Below, piece after piece: positions 37,635-47,284 of a stretch of DNA of 64,000 nt (within the stretch, counting starts at the first letter, position 1; each line of letters starts with the position of its first letter). The stretch covers positions 371,352 through 435,351 of the forward strand of contig JACPBQ010000004.1 of assembly GCA_016180235.1 (NCBI GenBank), read 5' to 3'. Source of the stretch: Candidatus Woesearchaeota archaeon (GTDB lineage: Archaea; Nanobdellota; Nanobdellia; Woesearchaeales; GW2011-AR4). A program made the position numbers and the translations under genes. The notes under the pieces were generated by a model. The model saw only the letters and a list, made by a program, of their open reading frames with translations. It ran no database searches and was not told the origin of the DNA.

Positions 37635-38344
37635 AAGCAATGCTGCTAAATTCAGGAGTAGGTAACAGACTTAGGCCATTTACAGATAGCAATCCAAAAT
37701 GCCTAATAAAAATCAATCATGACACCATCCTTGAGCACGAAATAAAAAACCTTTTGCATTACGGAATCAGGGATATAATAATAACAACCGGATTTTTCGA
37801 GGAAAAAATCAAGGATTTAATAAAAAACAAATTTCCTGAAGCAAACGTAAAATATGCAAAGAGCGACAAGCCGGACACAACAAATGCCATTTACTCCATG
37901 TGGCTGGCAAGGTACTTGGCGGATGACGACATATTGCTGATGCATGGCGACATGATTTTTGATAAAGAGCTGCTTGGAAGGCTCCTAAAATCAAAGCATC
38001 CCAGCTGCGCTTTAGTCAACAACAAAATAGAATTGCCGGAAAAAGACTTTAAGGCCAGGATAAACGGAGGCACTGTCATGGAAATAGGAGTGGATGTTTT
38101 CGGCAAAGATGCATTTTTCCTTGCTCCGGTTTACAGGATATCAAAAAAAGATTTTAGGCTATGGATGGAAGAAATAAGCAAATTCATAAAGAGGAAAGAT
38201 GTCACGGTATATGCGGAAAACGCCTTTAACAATATTTCCTCAAAACTCAAGCTTTATCCTGTTTATTACCAGGATGAATTCTGCATGGAAATAGACAATT
38301 TTGATGATTTACAGAAGGCAAGGAAGTTTTTTAGGCGAAAATAG
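37631..38344 (+). CDS. LicC/PntC-like NTP transferase (phosphonate cytidylyltransferase candidate)
   Basis: NSGVGNRL.P....PKCL, TNAIYS, MHGDMIFD and MEIDNFDDL. Confidence 0.85.
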   Translation: MKAMLLNSGVGNRLRPFTDSNPKCLIKINHDTILEHEIKNLLHYGIRDIIITTGFFEEKIKDLIKNKFPEANVKYAKSDKPDTTNAIYSMWLARYLADDDILLMHGDMIFDKELLGRLLKSKHPSCALVNNKIELPEKDFKARINGGTVMEIGVDVFGKDAFFLAPVYRISKKDFRLWMEEISKFIKRKDVTVYAENAFNNISSKLKLYPVYYQDEFCMEIDNFDDLQKARKFFRRK

Positions 38345-38369
38345 GCCTTTTTACATTAAAAACATTCAA

Positions 38370-39860
38370 TTATTTTACTATCCTCCTATACAAGTCCTTT
38401 ACTTCCCTGATATCTATAATCCTGAACAAAAACAGCATAGCTGCATAGATTATTCCAGATATTACCAGGATAATAGCTGTTTCTGCCCAAATATTAAGGG
38501 ATAATACTCTCTTTAAGGCCCATATTAATAAGGTAAAGATTGCGCCAGCTAAAACCGTTCTTGCCCATATCCCTATGGGGAAAGACAGCTTTATGTATTT
38601 TCTCACATCCTTAAAGGTCAGGGCCATGATTATGAAATAGCTGGATGCTGTCGAAATTGCAGCCCCGATTATGCCGATAACCGGAATTAAAATCAGGTTT
38701 AACACGAAATTTAAGGCCGCGCCGAAATAAATAATTTTGCTGTATATCTGCGGCTTTCCGATGCCAGCAAAGAAGTTAGAGTTTATAACACTCAAAACAG
38801 CGAATATCATGCCTACAGCTAAAATTTTCATAGAAGTGCTGGCTGATAGATAGTCTTTTCCGTACAAAATCTGTATCAGCAAGTCGGTAAATGACAGCAT
38901 AACCAAAGCCAATGGAATAATCATTATGATGGAATACTTATAAAGTGATTCCATGCCTGCTATCAGTATCTTCTTGTTGTTTTTTGCCCACAGCTCGCTT
39001 GTCAGCGGAAGCAGGACAGCTGCAATAGGGAGTATAAAATTCCTCAATGCCCTGGCAGTCGGCAGCGCAACGCTGTACAAGGCTACAGCCTTTAAATCGG
39101 TAAAATAGGTTAACATTACAATATCCGTAGAGCCTAAGATCACAACACCAACACTTATAGATATAACATGTATCCCATACTTGAACAGTCTTTTTATCAG
39201 TTTTTTATTAAAGGAAAATTTTGATTTAAGAAAATCCGGAAAAACCTTCTTGACCAGTATCACGCTGAAAAGCACAGTTATGATGGCCGAGGCAATGACA
39301 TATGCATAAGCAGGGCTTAAAACACCATAATTTAGCTTTAGCCCAATTATGATTATAGATATTAATAACAATCCCCTTATTACGTCTATGCCGGAGAAGT
39401 AAACCGGCTTTTTGAACCCCTGAAAGGCAAATTTCAAGGTCTGCACAAAACTGTCAATGAAAAATGCTACTGCAAGGACTTTAAGAAGAATACCAGCTTC
39501 ATCATATTTAAAATAGTTTGCTGCAAGAAAATCGGAAAGAATGTAAAGAACTATTATGACCACAGAATTTGTCAATAGCTGTATAAATGCAGAATACATT
39601 ATGCAATTCTTTATCATGCTGCTTTTCTTCTTGTGCACAAATTCCGGGATGAATTTGGCCAGTGCGCGGTCAAAGCCCAGGCTCTTGAAGATGCCAAAAA
39701 TCCCCACAAAAGCAAACACGGCATAAAAAAGCCCAAACTCTTCCACTGAAAGGTTTCTTGCCAATAGCACCCTGACTACATAACCCAAAATAGCTGCTAT
39801 AATGGAAATCAGCAGAATTGTTGTTGCGCCCCTGACAGCGAATTTCGTATAGCTTTCCAT
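38370..39860 (-). CDS. Second polysaccharide flippase (alternative start at 39863)
   Basis: LARNLSVEEFG, TDIVML.....KAVALYSVA and LNLILIPVIGIIGAAIST; about 14 TM segments. Confidence 0.92.
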   Translation of the reverse strand: MESYTKFAVRGATTILLISIIAAILGYVVRVLLARNLSVEEFGLFYAVFAFVGIFGIFKSLGFDRALAKFIPEFVHKKKSSMIKNCIMYSAFIQLLTNSVVIIVLYILSDFLAANYFKYDEAGILLKVLAVAFFIDSFVQTLKFAFQGFKKPVYFSGIDVIRGLLLISIIIIGLKLNYGVLSPAYAYVIASAIITVLFSVILVKKVFPDFLKSKFSFNKKLIKRLFKYGIHVISISVGVVILGSTDIVMLTYFTDLKAVALYSVALPTARALRNFILPIAAVLLPLTSELWAKNNKKILIAGMESLYKYSIIMIIPLALVMLSFTDLLIQILYGKDYLSASTSMKILAVGMIFAVLSVINSNFFAGIGKPQIYSKIIYFGAALNFVLNLILIPVIGIIGAAISTASSYFIIMALTFKDVRKYIKLSFPIGIWARTVLAGAIFTLLIWALKRVLSLNIWAETAIILVISGIIYAAMLFLFRIIDIREVKDLYRRIVK

Positions 39861-39970
39861 CATTAACCGGCTTTTATTGCTATTTAAATTATTTATGAAT
39901 TATCAGCACTGGAAACACATTGCCCAAACAAAACCAAAAATTTATAAATCAAGTAGGATACTTCCACGAT

Positions 39971-41224
39971 ATGGAAAATCATCCAGGCATTGAGAATTCC
40001 GGAAATCCAAGTGAAATAAAGCATAAAGACAGCTCCGGAAGAATACTCCTGAATGTTGTCGAAAGCGGCCATGACGCAAACATTGCGGATAATGGCGCTA
40101 AAGCCACCAACGGCAGCCTGAATAAAAAATCCGCTGTGCAGCCCCTTAATTTCACCCATCATCTGCACAAGGTTTTGAACAAGGCAAACCAGCTGCCCTC
40201 TTACTTCATTTTTTACCCTACCAGCAGGTGCAACCTTAGCTGCAAGCATTGCTTTTACCATGATAGCCTAAACAAGAAATTCAACGAGCTTACGCTGGAA
40301 GAGATTGACAAGTTCACCAAGACCATGGATCCTCTGCTGCACCTGATCCTTACCGGAGGGGAGCCTTATCTGAGGCACGATATAGACGAGATTGTCAGGA
40401 TATTCTATGAGAACACCAGGGTTCCTATAATCTCAATACCATCAAACGGGTTTTTCAGGGACAGGATGGTGCAAAAAATCAGGAACATGATGGAATGGTG
40501 CCCTGAGCTGGTGCTCAACCAGCTGATTTCGCTGGACGGCCTGAGGGAAGAGCACGACAAGATCAGAGGGCCGGGGAGCTTTGACAAGTCCATCAAAACG
40601 CTTAATACATTAAAAGAGCTGCAAAAAGAGTACGGGCGCATAAATATCGGCATAGTAACGACATTCACATCACTAAACCAGCACAATTTCAAGGAAATTA
40701 TCAAGGGAGTCTTTGAGATAGCCAAGCCGGACAACATAACCATCACATTGATAAGAGGAGACCCAAAAGAAAAGATCAATGTCAATCTCGATATAAGCCT
40801 TTACAGGGAGGCTGTAAAGTACAGGGACTCATTATTCTTTTCCAAAGAGATGCCGGGACATATAGGGTTCAAGGGGAATAAAATAGCCACTGCTGCAAGA
40901 GTGATACTGAATGAGAAAGTGGAGCAGATTTACCAGACAAAACAATACCAGATGCCGTGCTACGCGGGAAACTTAAGCGGAGTGATGTATCCGGAAGGCC
41001 AGGTGCACCCGTGCGAAATCCTGGACAATTCCCATGCACTAGGCAACATCAGGGAATTTAACTATGACTTCAGGAAACTGTGGCTGTCCCAAAAAGCCAA
41101 GGAAGAGGTCAAATTTATCCGGGGCACAAACTGCTTCTGCACGCATGAATGCTTTAACACAGTAAACATACTCTTCAATGCAAAGTTCTATCCAAGGCTC
41201 ATAAAAATTGCGTCTTCTATCTGA
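39971..41224 (+). CDS. Radical SAM protein with a C-terminal SPASM/twitch Cys cluster
   Basis: CNLSCKHC (CxxxCxxC), LTGGEP, SLDG, CYAG, PCE and CFCTHEC; ATG 39971 is 30 nt after tttataaa at 39941. Confidence 0.9.
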   Translation: MENHPGIENSGNPSEIKHKDSSGRILLNVVESGHDANIADNGAKATNGSLNKKSAVQPLNFTHHLHKVLNKANQLPSYFIFYPTSRCNLSCKHCFYHDSLNKKFNELTLEEIDKFTKTMDPLLHLILTGGEPYLRHDIDEIVRIFYENTRVPIISIPSNGFFRDRMVQKIRNMMEWCPELVLNQLISLDGLREEHDKIRGPGSFDKSIKTLNTLKELQKEYGRINIGIVTTFTSLNQHNFKEIIKGVFEIAKPDNITITLIRGDPKEKINVNLDISLYREAVKYRDSLFFSKEMPGHIGFKGNKIATAARVILNEKVEQIYQTKQYQMPCYAGNLSGVMYPEGQVHPCEILDNSHALGNIREFNYDFRKLWLSQKAKEEVKFIRGTNCFCTHECFNTVNILFNAKFYPRLIKIASSI

Positions 41225-41236
41225 TCCCGCATATTT

Positions 41237-42253
41237 TCAATATCTCTTTCCCAGGAGGAAATCAACAAACCCTAAAATTATTCCTATCTGCGTCAGGGAA
41301 TTGTTTATTATGGACACAAAAAAAGCCAATGCAGAAAATCCAATACCTTTCTTCCTAGCCATGTACAAAAAGTAATCAATATTTATTAAAAAAAACATGC
41401 CGACTAAAAAAATCAATGCAAAAAACAATGAGCTTATGGGGAAAAAAACCAGCATCGCCAAGCCGAACAGTATAATGAAAGACAACGGGATAGATGCCAG
41501 CAGGGAAAAGCTGGAATGGCTTCCTTTCAATTCACGCGCGTCAAAGAGGTGCTTTTTTCTCAGGAGGCTTTTTATCTTGTCAAACCCCGTCCTGAAATCC
41601 TGCCTTACCAATGACTTAAAATTAAACTTTTTCATATGCATTACCTGAATGCTATTATCATAGAGTATCTTATGGCCCCTCCTCGTAAGCTCAATTCCAA
41701 ACTCCTCGTCCTCTATAGATGCGTTTCTGATTGAAGCGTCAAAACCGTGGCTATCGAGGAACACATCCTTCTTTATTGCGGTGCAAAACGAGGCTATGCT
41801 GTTTGAGTATCTTCCGGAACACTTTTTAAAATGGTAATGGAGCGTTATGTTCTTGAAAAAAGAGAAGAAATTGGCATAGTAAGGAACCAAAGTGTAGTTT
41901 CCCTGGAGCGCGCTTATCTCCCTGTGTGTTTCAAACGCATTTTTCACCGCTTCCAGAAAACCACTGCTTGCAAGAACATCGGAATCAATGAAAATCAGTA
42001 TCCTGCCTTTCGCTTCCTTTGCTCCAAAATTCCTGGCAAACCCCGGGCCATTGTTTTTTTCCAGGTAGAAATACCTCACTTTATATTTTTTAATAACATC
42101 TTTATGGCCTATGGTCGATCCGTCGTCTATGACCAGCACTTCAAAGTTCCTGTAATCCTGCGAGAACACTGACTTCAAGCACTTGTCCAGCAGATCCGGC
42201 CGGTTAAAAACAGGAATGATTATGGATATTTCAGGGATTTTTCCTTTAGCCAT
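41237..42253 (-). CDS. GT2 glycosyltransferase with C-terminal TM helices
   Basis: SIIIPVFN, VIDDGS, GPGFARN.G, FIDSD and EDEEFG. Confidence 0.9.
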   Translation of the reverse strand: MAKGKIPEISIIIPVFNRPDLLDKCLKSVFSQDYRNFEVLVIDDGSTIGHKDVIKKYKVRYFYLEKNNGPGFARNFGAKEAKGRILIFIDSDVLASSGFLEAVKNAFETHREISALQGNYTLVPYYANFFSFFKNITLHYHFKKCSGRYSNSIASFCTAIKKDVFLDSHGFDASIRNASIEDEEFGIELTRRGHKILYDNSIQVMHMKKFNFKSLVRQDFRTGFDKIKSLLRKKHLFDARELKGSHSSFSLLASIPLSFIILFGLAMLVFFPISSLFFALIFLVGMFFLINIDYFLYMARKKGIGFSALAFFVSIINNSLTQIGIILGFVDFLLGKRY

Positions 42254-42315
42254 CAATTATCCCCCCAAACGTTTTCCATATTTATAATCCTCCCAAGAAC
42301 GCTCATCCTAGGCAA

Positions 42316-43086
42316 TCATTTAATATCGAACTTGTGTATTTTTTTGATGCCTGATTTCTGGAGCCTGTACTGAATCAGGGATTTCATTATATTGAGCCCG
42401 TAGACAATTGAATTCCGAAATGATATATTGTGGGACTCAGGGCCGTAGTGGGTAGGTATCGGAATTTCCGCTATCCTCTTTTTTTTGATGTGAAGCTGGA
42501 TAAGTATGTCAGTGTCAAAGCTGTAGCCGTCTGTGCACCTTTCGATTGCTATGTCTTTCAAGGCGTCAATCCTGTATGCCCTGAAGCCTGTATGGTATTC
42601 TGAAAGCCTCAGCCCCAGGACAGCATTTTCAACAGCTGTCAGGAGCCTATTGCCAAAGTATTTCCAGATCGGCATGCCTCCTGCAAGCGGATTTCCAAGG
42701 AATCTTGAGCCCATCGACGCATCAGCCTTCCCTTCGATTATTGGCTTTATCAGCTGGGGTATATACTCCGGGGCATACTGGACATCGCCGTGCAGCATCA
42801 CTACCACATCATAGCCTTTTTTTATAGCATAATTATAGCCCTTTTTTTGGTTGCCGCCATAGCCAAGATTCTCCTTATTCCTGTAGATGTTCAGTTTTTT
42901 TACCTTGTTCCGGTATTTGTAGCCAAGTCCGGCGTAATAAGTATTGTCATCACTGCAATCATCAAAAACATATATTTCCTCTGCTCTTTTCTTTATTTCA
43001 TCAGGTATCCTTTCTATAGCTGATATCAGGGTTCGGACAGCCTGGTATGCTATAATAAAAATTGCAATCTTCATTTTTTTGCCCAT
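42316..43086 (-). CDS. GT2 glycosyltransferase (Dol-P sugar synthase-like)
   Basis: FIIAYQA, DDCSDD, GYGGNQK, LHGDVQY, MGSRF, SEYHTGFRAY and FDTDILIQ. Confidence 0.9.
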   Translation of the reverse strand: MGKKMKIAIFIIAYQAVRTLISAIERIPDEIKKRAEEIYVFDDCSDDNTYYAGLGYKYRNKVKKLNIYRNKENLGYGGNQKKGYNYAIKKGYDVVVMLHGDVQYAPEYIPQLIKPIIEGKADASMGSRFLGNPLAGGMPIWKYFGNRLLTAVENAVLGLRLSEYHTGFRAYRIDALKDIAIERCTDGYSFDTDILIQLHIKKKRIAEIPIPTHYGPESHNISFRNSIVYGLNIMKSLIQYRLQKSGIKKIHKFDIK

Positions 43087-43170
43087 TTTCTGCCCCAAGT
43101 CCCGTGTAAAGGTTAATTATTTAAATATATTATTTTTACCAGTCCTATTTGAAGAGTTAAAGGTGACTGC

Positions 43171-43629
43171 ATGATAGAAGGAGTAAAAGTCAAGAAGCTT
43201 AAGAAGATTGCGGATTACAGGGGCTTCCTGATGGAAATGCTCCGTGACGATGATGATTTTTACGTGAAATTCGGCCAGGTTTATATGACCGTATGCAATC
43301 CCGGAATTGTCAAGGCATGGCACTACCACAAAAAGCAAAGCGACAACTTCGTGATAATAAGGGGAAAAGGGCGCATAGGGCTTTATGACGGGAGGGAAGG
43401 GTCAAAAACAAAAGGTAAGGCCATGGAATTCACAGTGGATGAGAATAATCCTATCCTGGTATTCATACCTCCAGGGGTGCTTCATGGGTATGAGACAATA
43501 GGAAATGAGCCTTGCTATCTTATAAACTGCGTCACAGAGCATTACGACTATGGCCATCCTGATGAGCATAGGGTAGACCCTTTCGATAACGATATCCCTT
43601 TCAAATGGAACAACAAGAAAGGCGGATAA
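43171..43629 (+). CDS. rfbC: dTDP-4-dehydrorhamnose 3,5-epimerase (cupin)
   Basis: DYRGFLME, FGQVY, KAWHYH and IPPGVLHGY; AGGTGA RBS at 43161. Confidence 0.85.
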   Translation: MIEGVKVKKLKKIADYRGFLMEMLRDDDDFYVKFGQVYMTVCNPGIVKAWHYHKKQSDNFVIIRGKGRIGLYDGREGSKTKGKAMEFTVDENNPILVFIPPGVLHGYETIGNEPCYLINCVTEHYDYGHPDEHRVDPFDNDIPFKWNNKKGG

Positions 43630-43778
43630 GCATACATAATTCTTAATCAGGACCAATAATAACCTTTTTATAACCTTAAGCAAAACAAGAGCTATTTTAA
43701 TCAATGCAATTAGCCTTAAAAATCAATAAACAAACGAAATAAAATCCCAATAACAGGGGCAAAAGGGCATAATAACAA

Positions 43779-44600
43779 ATGAAAATAGTCATTTTAGGGA
43801 CAAATGGAATGCTTGGAAAGGATATCGCAGAAGCTTTCAGTAACTTTGATGTTTACCCTTTTGATAAAAGAGAGCTGGACATAACAAATGCCAGACTATT
43901 AGATATGAAACTTAAGGCAATAAAGCCGGATTTTGTCATAAACGCAGCAGGATACACCGATGTTGACGGATGCGAAACAAACAAGGAGCTTGCTTATAAT
44001 GTAAATGCAAATGGAGTAAAAAATATTGCTGTTTCATGCAGCAAATACGGCAGCACATTAATCCATATCAGCTCTGATTATGTTTTTGATGGGGAAAAAG
44101 ACGGCTATAGCGAGCATGCCAATCCAAGCCCCATAAACATTTACGGAGACTCAAAGTACAAGGGCGAGCTTTACTTGATGGATGCTTCCAAAAGATACTA
44201 CCTTATACGCACATCATGGCTTTTTGGGAAAAACGGCAGGAATTTTGTAGATACAATATTAAGACTGTCGAAAACAAAAACCCAGCTGGAAGTCGTCAAT
44301 GACCAGAGGGGAAGCCCCACATACACAAAAGACCTGTCAATCGCAATCAAGAATATGATAAACAATAATCCTGAATTCGGAATATACCACCTGACTAACA
44401 GCGGGGTTTGCACCTGGTTTGAGTTCGCAAAGGAGATAATAAAAATCAAAGGCCTGAAAGTCGATATAGAGCCAATATCAAGCGAAAAATTGAACAGGCC
44501 GGCGAAAAGGCCGAAATGCTCAGTGTTGATAAACAACAAACTGCCGAAGCTCAGAAACTGGAAAGAGGCAGTTAAAGACTACTTGGCCAATGAGAAATAA
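43779..44600 (+). CDS. rfbD: dTDP-4-dehydrorhamnose reductase
   Basis: GTNGMLG, INAAGYTDVDGCE, HISSDYVFDG, YGDSK, RTSWLFG and DQRGSPT. Confidence 0.93.
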   Translation: MKIVILGTNGMLGKDIAEAFSNFDVYPFDKRELDITNARLLDMKLKAIKPDFVINAAGYTDVDGCETNKELAYNVNANGVKNIAVSCSKYGSTLIHISSDYVFDGEKDGYSEHANPSPINIYGDSKYKGELYLMDASKRYYLIRTSWLFGKNGRNFVDTILRLSKTKTQLEVVNDQRGSPTYTKDLSIAIKNMINNNPEFGIYHLTNSGVCTWFEFAKEIIKIKGLKVDIEPISSEKLNRPAKRPKCSVLINNKLPKLRNWKEAVKDYLANEK

Positions 44601-44615
44601 ATGGCAATATTGCAC

Positions 44616-46106
44616 TTAAGGGATATAATATAATGCCGCGCTTTTTTGGTCTTTGCCGGCTTCTTTAATTATCACCCATTTAGCCGGGGGATTGAAAACT
44701 TCTTCCTGGAAGGAAAATTCCATGAAAGGATGGGCTTCCTTGACTGCCTGGATAATGTTTTTGTCCACCAGGACATACGCATCTCTTATCTTGCTTAAAT
44801 CATGCATTGGCTTTCCTGCATCAGTTTGCACATCAAATTCTTTAATCTCAATATCTCCTTTGTATCCGGACAAATACCCAAGGACAGCTTTGGACCTCTT
44901 ATCTGTATATAACGGCTTGTCCAAATCGCTGACAGCAGGATAAAGGCTGGCAAGGTTTTGGGTTACCTGCTTTGTATCCTGCTCCAGGTAAATGAAGCCA
45001 ATTGAAGCTGCAAAAAGCATCAAAATAATTGACGGCATAAGGGCTTTTCTTATCACTTCCTCGTTGCTCAGCAAAAAATAAGACAACAGCATTATTCCCG
45101 GAAAAATTACAGGAAACAGGTATCTGGGGACTCCTGCGAAGGGCAAATAACTGGAAAGGCTCGTGCTGCCAAAGCTTATGTAAAGCAAAAGTACGCTAAA
45201 CCAAATTATTAATGGGTAGGTTTCTTTTTTTCTTAACAATATCGAGTAAACAAGTGCTATGAATATAAAAGGAAAAAACAGGCCAAATTGGCTGCTGGTG
45301 AACAATAAATACGGATAATGCACAAGAGAAGATGGAAATGAGCCCCTGCCAAAGAAACCCGAGCTTTCCACAACATCTTCGTAATTCTGACTCAACGAAT
45401 GGTACCTGTAAAACGGGTCACCTGTATTAAGCATAAATAATATAGACTCAAAACTAAAAACCACAATAAAGCCGGCTAATATATACAAATAATTCAGCTT
45501 TATTTTCCTATAAAATATGGCATAAGCGCCAAAGAAAAGCACTATTAAAACTGCAGTCTCCCTAAATGTGTATGCTATGCCGATAAAAAGGCCAGAAAGG
45601 ATGTAGCTCAGATTCATTTTTAATTTTTTCTGACACCTCTCACCAAGCAAAAAGAGGAATACGCCAAGGCCGATGAAAAATGCTGAGGGCAAGTCGCTCA
45701 CGAGCCTAGTGGCAAAAATCACGTCCAAGGGAAAAAACGAGAGGAGAAAAGCAGACAACAAACCGACCTTTTCACCAAACAGAAATCTTCCAAAATAAAA
45801 TATCAATATCATGCCTGCAATTGAGAACAGTAGTACAGGAAATACCGAGGAAAAATCATTAACTCCGAACAAGCCGTACATGAAGCTGACTGAATATAAA
45901 AAGAACAGCCTCATTCCCTGGTGGGTGCCGGGAAATGCATAATCATCTTGCGACAGGTCATATGCATACTTCGTGTATCCCAGGTCATCAGATGCTCCTA
46001 TGCCGCTGAAAAAATACAGCCTAAGCGCTATTCCAAAAAGTATTATTAATGCAAGCCATATTAAGGATTTCCCTCTGATTTTCCTTCCCGGTTCTGCAGC
46101 TGCCAT
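44616..46106 (-). CDS. ArnT/PMT-family (GT39/83-like) GT-C membrane glycosyltransferase
   Basis: First loop ASDDLGY, LFGVNDFS, LLSAFLLSFFPLDV and RYLFP; many TM segments. Confidence 0.8.
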   Translation of the reverse strand: MAAAEPGRKIRGKSLIWLALIILFGIALRLYFFSGIGASDDLGYTKYAYDLSQDDYAFPGTHQGMRLFFLYSVSFMYGLFGVNDFSSVFPVLLFSIAGMILIFYFGRFLFGEKVGLLSAFLLSFFPLDVIFATRLVSDLPSAFFIGLGVFLFLLGERCQKKLKMNLSYILSGLFIGIAYTFRETAVLIVLFFGAYAIFYRKIKLNYLYILAGFIVVFSFESILFMLNTGDPFYRYHSLSQNYEDVVESSGFFGRGSFPSSLVHYPYLLFTSSQFGLFFPFIFIALVYSILLRKKETYPLIIWFSVLLLYISFGSTSLSSYLPFAGVPRYLFPVIFPGIMLLSYFLLSNEEVIRKALMPSIILMLFAASIGFIYLEQDTKQVTQNLASLYPAVSDLDKPLYTDKRSKAVLGYLSGYKGDIEIKEFDVQTDAGKPMHDLSKIRDAYVLVDKNIIQAVKEAHPFMEFSFQEEVFNPPAKWVIIKEAGKDQKSAALYYIP

Positions 46107-47234
46107 CTACCACGAACTGTAAATTTTTAATGCAACTTTTTCTATGGAAAAATTATCCAAAATCCTCTTCCTCCCTTTTGTTGCAATCTTTTCAGCCATA
46201 AGATTATTTTTCATTAAAGATAATATATTATCTGCCATGTCCTGAACATCAAATCTTTTTGAAACCAAACCATAGCTCTCATCAGGAATGACAAATTTCC
46301 TGCCCCCGCACTCCATCACCACAACAGGAATCTGGCATGCCATGGCCTCGTTTGCTGCAGGAGTAATTTCCTGGTAATTTGCAAGGACAAATATGTCTGA
46401 AAGGTTATAAATCTTTGCCAGCTCATCATGGCCCTTTTTGCCCAGGAATCTTACATTATTCTCTATGCCAAGGCTTTTTGCCAGGTTTTCCAGATAATCC
46501 CTATAATAGCCTTCTCCAACAATCCACAGTTCTGCGTTTTTATAGCCCTTATCAGTTATCTTTTTTAGCGCCCTTATTATAAGATGATGGCCCTTTAATT
46601 TATACAACCCGCCAACAGATAGCAATATTGTTTTATTCTGCATCTTTTTTATTTTTAATGCCTTAAACGTCTTTGTATCTGTGGCATGGCCGATTATTAT
46701 TGATTTTCGTGAATTTTTACCTATCAGCCTTAATTTAACGGCCCTTTCCTCTGCCTGGGGATTTGTGAATAAGAAAGCAGATGCATAATCGTAAGCCCTT
46801 TTTACCATAGGAACAACAATAAACTTTGCCAATTTAAACAGGAAAAACCCCTCAACTGTCTGTGATGTCCTGTAAATCAGCTTTGCATTGTATTTCTTTG
46901 CCGCCTTATAAGACTGGTATGCAAAGCCATAGAATTCAGGGTTGCTGGATTCTATGACATCATAGCCTTTTAATTTTTCAATGAGGTCAGTGTACCAAAA
47001 CCTGGGAATTCCAAGAACAAGCAATATTTTTTCAATAAGGGTCTTATAATCAATGCTCTTAATTTTCTCTATTTTAAAGCCCTTATATTTTATATTATTT
47101 TTTTTGTCAGTAAAGATTGCAGCTTCTATGTTCCTGTTTTTTATCAAATATCCGTATACCTTAAGCAAATTTGCAAGGGAAGAATGTATGTCATCGACCG
47201 TTGGTATTACAATGGCAACTTTGAGCTTTTTCAT
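46107..47234 (-). CDS. GT4 glycosyltransferase
   Basis: SVGGLYKLKG, IVGEG, FLG, SDIFV and EAMACQIPVV. Confidence 0.88.
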   Translation of the reverse strand: MKKLKVAIVIPTVDDIHSSLANLLKVYGYLIKNRNIEAAIFTDKKNNIKYKGFKIEKIKSIDYKTLIEKILLVLGIPRFWYTDLIEKLKGYDVIESSNPEFYGFAYQSYKAAKKYNAKLIYRTSQTVEGFFLFKLAKFIVVPMVKRAYDYASAFLFTNPQAEERAVKLRLIGKNSRKSIIIGHATDTKTFKALKIKKMQNKTILLSVGGLYKLKGHHLIIRALKKITDKGYKNAELWIVGEGYYRDYLENLAKSLGIENNVRFLGKKGHDELAKIYNLSDIFVLANYQEITPAANEAMACQIPVVVMECGGRKFVIPDESYGLVSKRFDVQDMADNILSLMKNNLMAEKIATKGRKRILDNFSIEKVALKIYSSW

Positions 47235-47253
47235 AGGAAAGAGTTATGAGAAA

Positions 47254-47265
47254 CTATTTAAATAG
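47254..47265. promoter_or_regulatory. Palindromic TATA element centred between two divergent starts
   Basis: ctatttaaatag is a perfect palindrome whose centre is 25.5 nt from both ATG 47234 (-) and ATG 47285 (+). Confidence 0.6.
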
Positions 47266-47284
47266 CTTTACTTTCTCGGAACGC

